NCBI RefSeq assembly: GCF_001194135.2
Contig: NC_068983.1
Location: forward strand, 37,689,136 to 37,726,653
Direction of reading: 5' to 3'
Source of the DNA: Octopus bimaculoides
Lineage: Eukaryota
DNA length: 37,518 nucleotides
Position 1 is the stretch's first letter, and each line of letters opens with the position of its first letter. The translations under genes and the position numbers were made by a program. Below are positions 1 through 11,949 of the stretch, piece by piece. The notes under the pieces were generated by a model. The model made no database searches, was not told the DNA's origin, and saw only the letters and a program-made list of their open reading frames with translations.

Positions 1-177
1 GCTTAGTGGCATTTCGTCAGTCTTTACATTCTGCGTTCAAATTCCGCCGAGGTCGACTTTGCCTTTCATCCTTTCGGGGTCGTTAAATTAAACACCAGTT
101 GCCTACTGCAGTCGATCTTATCGACTGAACCCCTCCCCAAAAATTTCGGGCCTTGTGCCTAGAGCAGAAAAGAATAT
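1..177 (+). mobile_element. tRNA-derived SINE family A (cut by window edge)
   Basis: B-box-like GTTCAAATTCC, central GTCGACTTTGCCTTTCATCCTTTCGGGGTCG, tail GCCTTGTGCCTAGAGCAGAAAAGAATAT. Confidence 0.85.
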
Positions 178-327
178 ACTGCCTACATATACATCCAGTA
201 ATTGCGTAGCCTCCAGACACTTCATCATCTAGCCATTGAGGGTGCCTCCACCTCTGAAAATTTCAAGTAACCACCATCAACTAAACACAATTCATGCGTC
301 TTATAAACCTGGCCCTAAAATTACCAA

Positions 328-417
328 TGGACATTGTACAGTAATTAGATTCATTCATAATTATTTCCCTTTTGGACATTGTATAGTAATTAGGTTCATT
401 CATAATTATTTCCCTTG
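328..417. repeat. 45-nt tandem duplication
   Basis: TGGACATTGTA(C/T)AGTAATTAG(A/G)TTCATTCATAATTATTTCCCTT twice. Confidence 0.9.
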
Positions 418-557
418 TTTTACACTCCCAGAAAACGTATACTTTTGTTAAGTGCATTGAAACTGCAGTTTATTTTCTTATATTTTTTACTTGTTTCAGT
501 TGTTGAAACAAGTAAAAGAAAGAATAAAAGAATAAGTAAGTATTATTAGGGCTTACT

Positions 558-936
558 ATTTTACACATTTCAGTCATTTGGTTGTGGCCTTGCTGGAGCA
601 TCGCCTTTAGTGTAAGAAATCGAGCCCAGGACTTATTCTTTGTAGGCCTAGTACTTATTCTATTGGTCTCTTTTGCTGAACCACTAAGTTTTGGGGACAT
701 AAACACACCAGCATCGGTTGTCAAGCAATGGTGGGGGGGGGGACAAACACAGACACACATACATAAATATATTCACGACGGGTTTCTTTCAGTTTCCATC
801 TACCAGATTCACTCACAAGGTTTTGGTAAGCCCGAAGCTATAGTAGAAGACACTTGCCCAAGATGCCACACAATGGGACTGAACCCAGAACCATGTGATT
901 GAAAAGCAAGTTTCTTACAGTCACGACTGCACCTAT
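558..936 (-). mobile_element. tRNA-derived SINE family C with CORE-like segment (possibly OR2-like)
   Basis: Reverse strand: B-box-like GGGTTCAGTCCC, CATCTTGGGCAAGTGTCTTCTACTATAG segment, long 3' part; family name from memory, unverified. Confidence 0.75.
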
Positions 937-1162
937 AAAAAAATGTCTAAATATTTTGTGTATTGTAGAAATATAACCAGTTTATCACACATATGGCTTC
1001 CAAGGGCCATTTGGATCCTGATTAAGAACCACTGACCCAGCATAAATCTGCCTGGGATTTTCTTGACATCATGTGATGGTTGTAACTGAGAATCACCTGT
1101 CATACAAGTGATGTTTGTTTCTAGTCTTCCATGAAATAAATGTCTGGCCATTGGCAAATATT

Positions 1163-1506
1163 GTTGTTGTTGGCACTCCATCGCTTACGACGTCGAGGGT
1201 TCCAGTCGATCCGATCAACGGAACAGCCTGCTCGTAAAATTAATGTGCAAGTGGTTGAGCACTCCACAGACACGTGTACCCTTAACGTAGTTCTTGGGGA
1301 TATTCAGCATGACAAGGCTGACCCTTTGAATTACAGGCACAACAGAAACAGGAAGAGTGAGAGAAAGTTGTGGTGAAAGAGTACAGCAGGGTTTGCCACC
1401 ATCCCCTGCCGGAGCCTCATGGAGCTTTAGGTGTTTTCACTCACAACACCCGGTCTGGGAATCGAAACCGCGAGTCCGCTGCCCTAACCACTGGACCATT
1501 GCGCCT
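1163..1506 (-). mobile_element. Full-length tRNA-derived SINE family E with (AAC)n tail and TSD
   Basis: Head AGGCGCAATGGTCCAGTGGTTAGGGCAGCGGACTCGCGGTTTCGATTCCCAG; flanks CATTGGCAAATATT (1149-1162) and CACTGGTAAATATT (1508-1521), 12/14 identical. Confidence 0.85.
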
Positions 1507-1514
1507 ACACTGGT

Positions 1515-1610
1515 AAATATTACCTTGCTAGGAAACAGGTGAAGGAAATAGTTTTGCTTGGAAACAGGTGAGGGAAATATTGTCTTGCTTAGAAACAGGT
1601 GAGAGAAATA
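1515..1610. repeat. About 30-nt unit in three tandem copies
   Basis: AAATA..TTGCT..GAAACAGGTGA three times. Confidence 0.8.
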
Positions 1611-2280
1611 CTCTTTTCTACTTGAGGCATAAGGCCCAAAATTTTGGGGGAGGTGGCTAGTTGATTAGATTGACTCCAGTAAGCAACTATAGAAAATCTG
1701 CCTCAGCAAATTCAGTCTGACCCATGTGAGCATGAAAAGTGTATGTTAAACAATGATGCTGGTTGTCTCTTCTGCATTATCTCATACCTTTTGCATTTTT
1801 ATCCACAGAAGTTTGCCAATAAACCTGGACAGGCAGGGCAAACAGGTGTTTCAGAAGTTTTCAAACTGCTGCTTTTCAGATTATTTGATCTGTTAGAAAT
1901 AGTTGTTAAATTTCTAAATCCACATCCTACTCTATTTCAAAACGTGGAAGACACATTGGTTAAGGTAGTGAAGGATTATCTATATTTGCTAAGAGGGGAT
2001 GGTCATAGTTAGAATAGCTTTGATGGTTCAAGGATGGTCTGGGACTAAAGAACAACTTCACAGTTTATTATTTGTAATATACAGAGAAACTGTCTTGACA
2101 TGTGAATGTTTTAGAAACTTTGAGCAAGCAATCTTCAAGGAATATTTCAAAATTAAACTCATGTTAGACAAACAGAAACTACAGACTTGGATTGTGTATC
2201 TGCTTAAGAGTTCAATTTCTTTCTGTTGATGAGGATGGAGAAAATTGGTGTTAAAATGACTAATATCATAATCATGAAAA

Positions 2281-2915
2281 TATTCATTTCTACTCTAGGC
2301 ACAAGGCCCAAAATTTTAGGGAGGGGGCCAGTCGATTAGATCGACCCTAGTACGCAACTACTGGTACTTAATTTATTGACCCCGAAAGGATGAAAGGCAA
2401 AGTCAACCGCGGTGGAATTTGAACTCAGAATGTAAAGACAGATGAAATACTGCTAAGCATTTTACCTGGCATGCTAAAACTTCTGCCAGCTCGCCGCCTT
2501 AATACTTTTCTACTCTAGATACAAGGCCTAAAATTTTGGGGGGTGGGGGGGCCAGTCAATTAGATCGACCTCAGTATGCAACTGGTACTTAATTTATCGA
2601 CCCCAAAAGGATGACAGGTAAAGTCGACCTTGGCAGAATTTGAACTCAGAAAGTAAAGACAGACAAAATTACTGCTAAGCATTTCTGCCAGCTCACAACC
2701 CTTACTAATACTGTATATTCTTGTCTGCTCTAGGCACAAGGCCCAAAATTTTGGGGGAGGGGGCCAGCTGATTAGATTGACCTCAGTATGCAACTGGTAC
2801 TTAATTTATCGACCCTGAAAGGATGAAAAGCAAAGTCAACTTCGGCGGAATTTGAACTCAGAATGTAGCGGTGGATGAAATACTTGCTGGGCATTTCACC
2901 CAGCATGTTGCCTTA
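2281..2915 (-). mobile_element. Three head-to-tail family A SINEs
   Basis: Copies about 2281-2501, 2502-2705, 2716-2915. Confidence 0.85.
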
Positions 2916-3042
2916 TAATCATAAAAATATTACAAGTTAATTAAAGAGTATTATTAAAGAGTATTATTAAAGAGTATTATTAAATAAATTTTTCATTTCT
3001 TAGAACAAAAAAAAAAAAAATGCTAGAGAGCCCCACCACACA

Positions 3043-3250
3043 TTTGTTGTTGTTCAGCCCCAGGTCAGTCTTGAAGCACAAACCTATGACCAAAGGTTAG
3101 TCCTTCCATGACCATCTCATCTTTTATTCATGCAGTATAGCTAGGATTACACTATCTAGTATGTTCATTTATTTAAAAAAGTTACAGTGCGATGAGGGAG
3201 GTCTGACTTCCCTTTCTAACAACTGGAGTGACTATGGAGAAGCTCCCTCA
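3043..3250 (-). mobile_element. Interspersed retroposon family G with (AAC)n tail
   Basis: GTTGTTGTTCAGCCCCAGGTCAG..CTATGACCAAAG..CCATGACCATC; related copies about 12470-12570, 27110-27325, 29450-29660 (+), 35200-35345 (+). Confidence 0.65.
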
Positions 3251-3277
3251 TTGACTTCAATGTTTGTTCTCAATATA

Positions 3278-3503
3278 AAGGTGGTAAGCTGGCAGAATCA
3301 TTAGCACACTGAGCAAAATGCTTAGCGGTATTTCATCTGCCAGTACGTTCTGAGTTCAAATTCAGCCAAAGTCGACTTTGCCTTTCATCCTTTCGGGGTC
3401 GATTAAATAAGTACCAGTTATGCACTGAGGTTGATGTAACTGACTTAATCCCCTTGTTTGTCCACTTTATGTTTAGCCCCCTGTGGGCAGTAAAGAAATA
3501 AAT
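3278..3503 (+). mobile_element. Family A SINE, alternative 3' tail (ATGTTTAGCCCC..TAAAGAAATA)
   Basis: A-box-like TGGCAGAATCATTAGC and B-box-like GAGTTCAAATTC; same tail type at 17139-17322. Confidence 0.85.
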
Positions 3504-3649
3504 ATAAAATCAGTTTTAATTCCATAAGCATGGCTGTGTAGTTAAGTTAGCTGTCCAAGTACATGGCACATGTCTTCTACAGCTCTGGGCTGACTTAAGC
3601 CTTGTAAGAGGATTTGGGGGGGAAGAAACTGGGAGAAGTCCATATATAT

Positions 3650-4253
3650 ATGCGTATGGACGAGGACAGCTGTGTAAAGAAGTTCCAATCTCTAACTGTG
3701 GAGGGAACCTGTGGTAGAGGTAGACTCAGGAGGACATGGGATGAGATGGTGAAGCATAATCTTTGAACTTTGAGCCTCACAGAGGCAATGACTAGTGACC
3801 AAGACCTTTGGCGATGTGCTGTGCTTGAGAGGACCCATCAAGCCAAGTGCTGGTGGCCATAAAACCTTTTGAGTGTTGGGCCTCACAGAGGTGAAGTGGC
3901 TGAGTTCTTTTCAAACATTGAGGCAAGGACTGAGACTTTTGGCATGTGTTGTGCTTCAGAAGACCCATCAAGCTGAGCAAAATCAGTCATAGCAGATACT
4001 TGTCACACGCAAATTGGCACCTGTGCTGGTGGCACATAAAAGCACCCCGGTGTCACACAAATGGCATCCATGCCAGTGGCACATAAAACAACCCATTACG
4101 CTCTCGGAGTGGTTGGCATTAGGAAGGGCATCTAGCCATAGAAAACCATACCAAATCAGACTGAGAGTCTGGTGCAGTGTGCCAGCCCGGTCAAACCGTC
4201 CAACCCATGCCAGCATGGACAACGGACGTTAAATGATGATGATGATGATGATA
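3650..4253 (+). mobile_element. RTE-clade LINE 3' fragment (ORF2 C-terminus, 3'UTR, (GAT)n tail)
   Basis: MRMDEDSCVKK..VEGTCGRGRLRRTWDEMVKHNL*TLSLTEAMTSDQDLWR, then shared 3'UTR ending GGACGTTAAATGATGATG. Confidence 0.85.
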
Positions 4254-4726
4254 TATCATCATCATCATTTAATATCCATTTCCCATGCAGGCATGGGTTG
4301 CAGAAGACTGCACCAAACTTCACTGTCTGTTTTGGCAGAGTTTTTACAGTTGGATACTCTTCCTAACACCACCAACCAGCATACATGGATGTCTCCTTAT
4401 CTTGACACTGTACAGTAATTGTAAACAAGTATCACTGTCATTCAAGCTGTGTCTTCCATTTAGAATATTCTAAATGGAAGACACAGCAATAGGAAGGGTG
4501 TCCAACCTACAGAATATCTGCCTCAAAGAGTTTTGTCAGACCAGGGTGGAGAAAAAGAAAATCTTTACATATGAAGGCAGTTTCAAAATTGTTTTAATTT
4601 CCAATAATATTCTATCAATTTGTAAAATTCTAATCTTTGAAACAATGATTATGTACAACTCATACAAGAATCATCACTCTGAGAGTAAGACTTTTTAAGT
4701 GCGAGTCTAATCATGGTCTATTATAA

Positions 4727-5017
4727 TCAGCTTGTAGATGACGGTGGTGGTGGTGGTGATGGTGGTGGTGATGACAGCGACGCTGTTGTTGATGATGAAG
4801 ATGATGAATTTGACGATGGAGATGGTGGCTGTGTTGAAGAAGAAGCCTCACTCTTCAGAACTGAACTGATTAAACTATCTTGAGGTTGAAGGAAGAGACT
4901 GGTTTGCTTATCATCTTGCCACAATACTTTCTGACTATGTTGTCTAATAGCGTTATCTACGATACTATCAATCATTTGTTCTGTCAGCACACCATCATCA
5001 GAAGCATAGGCTGTGGC
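4727..5017 (-). CDS. ATAD3: ATAD3 exon 15 coding part (291 nt incl. TGA)
   Basis: [33 protein letters not shown] then 63 aa, largely Ser/Pro; CAG acceptor at 5018-5020. Confidence 0.93.
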   Translation of the reverse strand, partial: ATAYASDDGVLTEQMIDSIVDNAIRQHSQKVLWQDDKQTSLFLQPQDSLISSVLKSEASSSTQPPSPSSNSSSSSSTTASLSSPPPSPPPPPSSTS

Positions 5018-5303
5018 CTGAAAAACAAAAAGGAAACATAGTTTTAATAACACAGCAAAACTTACTAATTATCAAGAAATTCTAAGTAGAACATTTTATC
5101 AAAAAGCATTTTTTCTCAGACAAGGAAGGAGCAACACAAATGTCACACAGCTAAACTAAATATCTTATCTTATTTACTTTAGGTACGAGCAAAGCTGTGT
5201 TTTTAATAAGTTTGTTTTCCAACCATGTGGTTTTAAGTTCAGTCCCACTCATGGCACCTTGGGTAAGTGTCTTCTAATATAGCCTTGGACTAACGAAAGC
5301 TTT

Positions 5304-5968
5304 GTGAGTGGATTTAAATGACAGAAACTGAAAGAGGCCAGTCTGTGTCTCCCCCACCGTCTCTCTCACATGCACGCACACACATATAACACAGACACGG
5401 ATTTTTGATAAGAAGTTTGCTTTTCAAACATCTGATTTTGGGTTCAGTCCTACTACATGGCTCTTTGTGCAAAGCGTTTTCTAATATAGTTGCGGGTGAA
5501 CTGAAGTCTTGTGCTGGGATTTAGTTGACTGTTGGTTGTGTATAAATGTGTGTTTTACTGTCTCTCTGCCTTGATGTCATAGGATAGTTGTAAGCAAGTC
5601 TCAGTCTCATACAAGCAGTGTTTCTAATCTTCCGGGACATGTCTGATTATGGGGAGATATTACCTATCATATGACATCAAGGCAGAGAGACAGTAAAACA
5701 CACACTTATACACACAACAGGCTTCTTTCAGTTTCAGTCAACTAATTCCCAGCGCAAGACTTTAGTTCACCCACGACTATATTAGAAAACACTTTGCCCA
5801 AAGAGCCATGTAGTAGGACTGAACCCCAAATCATATGGTTGAAAAGCAAACTTCTTACCAAACATCCATGTCTGTGTTATATGCATGTGTGTGCATGTGA
5901 GAGAGAGAGAGAGAAAGGGAGAGACACAGACAGGCCTCTTTCTGTTTTTATCTTTTAAATCCACTCAC
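5304..5968. repeat. Inverted duplication, arms about 280-305 nt, 76-nt spacer, intron 14
   Basis: 5304-5587 pairs with 5664-5968, including SINE parts, a CA/CT microsatellite and shared derived substitutions. Confidence 0.9.
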
Positions 5969-6312
5969 TGTTTCTTTAGCTTGGAAACAGATGGGGTTAG
6001 TGACAGGATGGGCCACTGGCCATAAAATAATCTGCCCCAACTGACAAATCATACACAGCACTTGTCAATGTTGAAAAATACTGAATGCTTTGTGGCATTT
6101 TGTCTAGCTTGCTAACAAATCTGCCAGCTTGTCATCTTAATAATAATAATAATAATAATAATAATCCTATACTTGAAAAAAAAAGGTATAAATTAGTGAC
6201 AAGAACAATGCCCTCAGTAATGTCCTCATTCAGCCTATGTCTGCACAGAAAGTGAATGTTAAACAAACAAATAAAAGAATAAAAGCTGCAATGAAAATTT
6301 TCTCAAACTAAC

Positions 6313-6421
6313 CTGCCAGGCAACACCTAATTTAGCTATTTCTCTTCCGGAAAGACCTTCAGTACGTGCTGCAATTTCTGAACATTTTACTCCATAATCA
6401 AACTGTGCTACCTTTAAACGT
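6313..6421 (-). CDS. ATAD3: ATAD3 exon 14 (109 nt)
   Basis: [36 protein letters not shown]; CAG acceptor, GTTAGT donor. Confidence 0.96.
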
Positions 6422-6557
6422 CTGCAACAAAAGAAACAAAAAAAAAATCGATTGAATAAAATGACAATTTCTTATGTAAGCAGAAGGCCAGATATTTGGA
6501 GACAAGGGTTACTTGATTAACTTTTCAGTATTGTGATTACCCTGTCAAATGTTATGC

Positions 6558-6954
6558 TGAACTGTAGCGGGAAACTGTGGAAGAAGTAGAAGCAGGAGGA
6601 CATGGGATGAAGTGGTGAAGCATGATCTTCGAATGTTGGGCCTCATGGAAGTGATGACAAGTGACTGCGACCTCTGGCGATATGCTGTGCATGAGAAGAC
6701 TGGTCAGGCCAAGTGAAATCGTAGTTGTAGCTGTGCCAGTGCCATGTAAATGGCACCTGTGCATTGTAGTCGTGGTCATTGCCAGTGTCATGTAAAAGCA
6801 CCCATTACACTCCTGGAGTGGTTAGTGTTAAGAAAGGCATTCAGCTTTAGAAACCATGCCAAATCAGACTGGAACCTGGTGCAGCTCTCCAGCTCATATC
6901 AAACTGCCTAACCCATGCCAGCATGAAGAGTGGACGCTAAATAATGATGGTGAT
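6558..6954 (+). mobile_element. RTE-clade LINE 3' fragment, intron 13
   Basis: RRTWDEVVKHDLRMLGL..DLWRYAV..K* then the same 3'UTR and GAT-like tail. Confidence 0.8.
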
Positions 6955-7924
6955 CTTATTATTTATTTTTCAGAATGACATTGTAGAGTATGTATGAAAA
7001 GCCAGATCTGGCCAGTTTGAACATAAAACTGATAGAATATTTTAAACCAGATATGGCTGGTTTAAATGCTAAAGGGTTAAATCAACTCCAGTGCTCGACT
7101 GGTACTTTGTCAACCTTGTAAAGCAGGAAAGCAAAACTGATCTGCTGGAATTAGCATCCAAATCCTTCCCAATCTACATTCGACTATCTTAAGAAAGAAA
7201 ACACACATTGAATGATATAGTCCAAGATGTGCATCAGTGTGCCTCCTTGTTTTGACATGGCACACTAACTGTAAACAAATGTTACTGTGAAGCAGAATCA
7301 TTCATCTGCAACCCTCCATGAAAACAGTTCTGGCTATTGTTCTGTTTGAGTTCATCTGCTTAGAAATAGGTGAGGCTTGGTGATAGAAAGAGCACCTGGC
7401 CATACTAAATCTGCCTCAACAAATTTCATCTCACCCATCCTAGCATGGAAAAGATGTTAAAACAATGAAGTTAATATGCAAAACTGATCAATGCTTGGTG
7501 AATTGTTTCCAACACAACTCCTTATGATCCATTCAAGTCAGTCACACCACCAACTTTCTGTCTTCGGATTACTCTCTTCTTAGTAACCATGGGAACAAAG
7601 ATTTATTTATAAATTAGGGATATCTTATCCCCATGGAATTAACAACTGTTTATACTTTACACCTTCCCCCACTACTTAGCACTCCTACTGATATGCACCC
7701 CCACCTCCAACTCTACAGTTTCTATCTTTCTAGCTTCCACTCCCCTCCACCCAGAAACCACAGGCCTACATCTCCACTTCCTTCTTCCATTACTTCTATG
7801 ACTGTACAACAGCACACACAATTCTTCTTTCTTCTCTTTCTCAATAAATGTTCTGACTTTTAACGATCTGAATTATTCTTTTCCTTACATCAACTACATA
7901 TATTTTTGAATAACCACAACTTTT

Positions 7925-9081
7925 CTAAACAAATTTGTGAATTTTTATTCTGGTAACAAAAACCTGGAGTCTTAGGGCTGAAGAACTCTTTGAATACACT
8001 TTCAGCATCGGTTTGATTTTTGAACTCCTTCTCTTACAGAAAACCATCAAGGTGCTTGAAAAAGTGGTAGCTGGTAGGAGAAAAGTCTGGGGAATAAGCT
8101 GGATGGGGAAGAACTTCATAGCCAAGATCCCTCAACTTCCGGAGCATCATTAGTGAAATGTGTGGTCAAACATTGTCATGAACAATGACTGGCTCTCTTG
8201 TTGACCAGTCTGGGATGGAGGAGTAGCAGTTTTTCATTCATTTTGGCAATTTCATGGCAATATATTTCTGCAGTAATGGTTTTTCAGAATTTTAAGAAGT
8301 TATAGTGGATGAGTCCAGCAGTACACTACCAAACAGTCACCATAACCTTCTTTTTGAAGAATTTGGGTTTAGGGAAGGTTTTCGGTGCTTCATTTTGATC
8401 CAACCACTGCGAAAAACGTTTTTTATTATTGTACAGAACCCACTTTTCATCGCAAGTTACAACACAGTTGACAAATGGATTGGTCTGGTTATGGAGAAGA
8501 AGTGATGAGCAAATTTCATATCTGTGCATTTTCTGATTTTCATTCAAATCGTGTGGTACCCATTTGTCAAGTTTTTTTTATTTTCTGGTCGCATGAAATG
8601 ACCGCAGGCAGTTTTCTGGCTAACTTGAAGTTCTTTTGCCAGTTCTCGAGTGGTTTTACATGGATTTTTCTCAATGATGGTCTTTAATTAACTGTCGTCG
8701 ATGACAGATGGGCGTCCACTATGCTCACAATCTTCAAGGCTCAGGTCTCCACTGCAAAATTGTTTAAACCCTCTTTGAGCTGACCACTCACTGGTCATTT
8801 CCTTACCAAATGTTTCGTTGATATCACAAGCAGTTTCAACTGCTTTATGTCCTTTTTTGAAGTTGAATAGCAAAATTGCTCAAATACTGCGCTTTGACAG
8901 TTCCATTTCAGATGATTGTAACAACAGTGAAAACACTATGAATGTTAATTTTTCGATGCATTTGGGGGAAGTCTATGTCTGTATTAGCAGACAATTGCAA
9001 AAAAAAAAATTCAAACCTCTGCAAAAATCAGGTACAAATTCTTCATGGTTCAAAATGTTGCATACTTTTTACTCAACCTGA
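7925..9081 (-). mobile_element. Decayed mariner (Tc1/mariner, Hsmar1/cecropia-like) transposon in intron 13
   Basis: Broken frames give FKKGHKAVETACDINETFG..SGRPS, TCDEKWVLYNN..PKPK..KKVMVTVW, HDNV*PH, HPAYSPDFSPTSYHFFKHLD; several stops and frameshifts; one TIR-like end (TA-TCAGGTTGAGTAAAAAGTATGCAAC, minus strand) at about 9056-9083; other end not found. Confidence 0.92.
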
Positions 9082-9544
9082 TATATAATGGTGATGATGG
9101 TGATTGATGATGAAGGCAGTGCTAAATTAATGGCAGGTCAATGATCAAGGCTGCCAAATGTAACAGGAAAAAGGGTGCATGTTGCCACCTGGTGTTGTCA
9201 AACCGGATGTTACATATTTCCTTTGCACTATGCCAGATACAATTTTTAAGTGTCAGTGAAATAGAGCATTAAGTCTTTGACATATGCACATTCATTTGTG
9301 TTTGTGTGAGTATATTATATGCTTAACCATGTTTATGTGAGTTGGACAGACACACAATACAGTTAGCCTATTCACTGCTTCAATCCTATAACATATTTCC
9401 CCTAACACCCAAAGTGCTGATTTTCAAACAGCATTTAAAATCTAACCCCATTACATATCAAATCCAATGTCAAAATCTCTCTTCCACACATCTCTCAATA
9501 CTTTTCTCAGATCTAGTGTCAGTCTTTCTCCTAAGTACACTCTA

Positions 9545-9890
9545 TCATCATCATCATCGTTTAACGTCCGCTTTCCATGCTAGCATGGGTTGGACGATTT
9601 GACTGAGGACTGGTGAAACCAGATGGCAACACCAGGCTCCAATCTGATTTGGCAGAGTTTCTACAGCTGGATGCCCTTCCTAACGCCAACCACTCAGAGA
9701 GTGTAGTGGGTGCTTTTACGTGTCACCTGCACAAAGGCCAGTCAGGCGGTACTGGCAACGGCCACACTCAAAATAGTGTATTTTAGGTGCCACCTGCACA
9801 AGAGCCAGTCCAGGGGCACTGGCAACGATCTCGCTCGAAAATCCTACGAAGGCCAGTCAGGTGGTACTGGCAACGGCCACGCTCAAAATG
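9545..9890 (-). mobile_element. Short RTE-tail retroposon (family B here), young subfamily, with tandem 5' module
   Basis: (ATC)n-GTTTAACGTCCGCTTTCCATGCTAGCATGGGTTGG...GCCCTTCCTAACGCCAACC; close relatives at 16930-17065 (-), 20215-20448 (+), 25315-25570 (-). Confidence 0.85.
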
Positions 9891-9972
9891 GTTCAAACAA
9901 ATTATATTCAACTCATCATTCATCTCCAGTCTCTCTAAATTCTGAGCCACACACCCACACACAAATACATAC

Positions 9973-10140
9973 CTCTTGCCTTCTGTGGCTGGTTTCAACA
10001 CAAACTCATCAAAGTATTGTCTAACCATACGTTCCCTCTCGGACAATGTGGGTAAGACAAATTCTACCATTTCGTCAAGACGATCATTAATGGCCCAATC
10101 AAATTGTTCGGGTTGATTACTGGATAAGACTAACATAAAC
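9973..10140 (-). CDS. ATAD3: ATAD3 exon 13 (168 nt), sensor 1 / Arg-finger region
   Basis: [55 protein letters not shown](R); CAG acceptor, GTATGT donor. Confidence 0.97.
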
Positions 10141-11227
10141 CTGAAAAATAAAAACACGAAAATATTAAAATAATTGAAAATAAAAATAGACTCATCTAGA
10201 AATGCCTCAAAATCATAATAGCATGAAAGTTAAGAAACTGAGAAACGGTGACTGTGAGTTGTATAAACCTCTGAATGATTCAACAGTTCAGTTCTGCCTC
10301 ACTACCCATATTTTTTCCTGCAGACACAGGTCAGGCATCACTCTCATCAATGTCACCAGACAAGGAGGACCACCAAGGTCAGAACACTGAATCTCTTTCC
10401 TTTACTATTTTAGTGGTTGTGGTTACCAAAGTGTTTTATCAGGAGTAAATAATCAATATTGCCACTGATTCTGTCACATGCCCTTTGTATCTACTTTCAT
10501 TTAAATACTATAGGTAAATAAAAATCGAATTTATACTTTATTAAATACTAAGACATAAAATTTTATTCTGGAAATTACAAAGAAAAATGACTTCTCTCTC
10601 TTTCTATCTTATGTGTGTGTGTGTGTGTGTGCAATATGGATGTTGATATTTCACTTGTCACTGAGTGAAATGTTGATAATGTTTATGTTATGATCTGTGA
10701 TTTCAAACACCTGTGGAATCTTAAAATCTTTTACCTGTTAAACAAGTGGGCTATGGCAACAGGAAAAGCATCTGATTGTAAGATCCTGCCCAAGCTATGC
10801 TAGCAAAGAAAAATGGATGTTTGAACATATTCCCATGAGGGATATAGGATGCATGCAGTAGCAAATTAAATGAAACAAGTATCACTTATTATTAGTTTAA
10901 TGGTGATCAAGTTTTGTTATTTTAGTATGAACAATAAACCTGTACACATCTGCTATCTGCTCTTGGGAAAGATGCCTAAGGTAGTGGTTCAATGCACGTG
11001 TCTGTAAATAAGTACCACACAGGGGTATAGGCATTGCTGTAGGCAACAAGAGATGGTACTGTATTGTTGGTAAAGATATTCTTAGCTTGTATGGATGAAT
11101 TCAAAACACAATCAAGAACTATTCTAGTTTGTTCTCCGTCAAATCAGGGTAAATGGCTTTTGGTGATGCCTCACAAGAAAATTGAATATCAATTTATGAT
11201 GTAAAAATAAAAAAAAAACCAACTTAC

Positions 11228-11298
11228 TTGTTTGATTGCTCTCCAGTTCGGTACAAAAAGGCATTTAGTGTTGCTCTGAGATCCTCACTAATTTGTTC
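11228..11298 (-). CDS. ATAD3: ATAD3 exon 12 (71 nt)
   Basis: EQISEDLRATLNAFLYRTGEQSN(K); TAG acceptor, GTAAGT donor. Confidence 0.96.
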
Positions 11299-11949
11299 CT
11301 AGATTTAATAAAAAATTCAGATAATTAGAACAGTGAACAAGACAAAGAAGTTTTTATGCTCAATGTTCAATCTAAGGATTAGAATTAAAAAATGGTAGTT
11401 AAAAAGATAGTCACTAGAATGTGAGGGAGATTACTGTTAGTCTGCATTAACAAGAGATAATTCAGTAACAAGTATGCACACATACTCGCCAAGAAATATT
11501 CTCATAATGTATCCATTTCATGTACTAACTGCTGCAAAACTGGGATTCCTCATTTGCTGATTAAGGCTCATAAGCATCCTTACAATCTGTTAGCAGGCCA
11601 GGAGATAAATCTCTATTTCCTAAATTGGCTGGTCTAGGGAAGATAAGCCATCCTCACCAACGTGGAACGTTTATCCTCTGATAACCTTTTGACCAACTGA
11701 CCATAATAACTTTCTATCTCTGAAAGATGAAGAGTTAAATTTGTTTTTGTATAGAGTCTGATGAGATGTCCACAAAGCTAAACCATTGGTGACTCTATTA
11801 TCAGAATTTAACTTTAGTGCTTTAATATATGTATAATTCAATTTTACCAGTTGAACTCAGAAAAATAAGTTCAACCATTAAAATTGAATTATTTCACATT
11901 CTCTTGATGTTTCTAAATCCTTACAACGTAAACAATATATGTGTGTGTA

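Noticed and set aside
582-1376. Short ORFs with signal-peptide-like starts
   Set aside because: They lie within SINE families C and E.
7560-7800. Reverse-transcriptase fragment (EVGVH-like) on the minus strand
   Set aside because: Resemblance limited to a few residues with stops nearby; not supportable.
7925-9081. Functional or domesticated mariner transposase
   Set aside because: Several stops and frameshifts; third catalytic Asp position reads SPTSY; only one TIR found.
11520-11720. Two-hairpin H/ACA snoRNA in intron 11
   Set aside because: Hairpins can be drawn, but no correctly placed H or ACA box.
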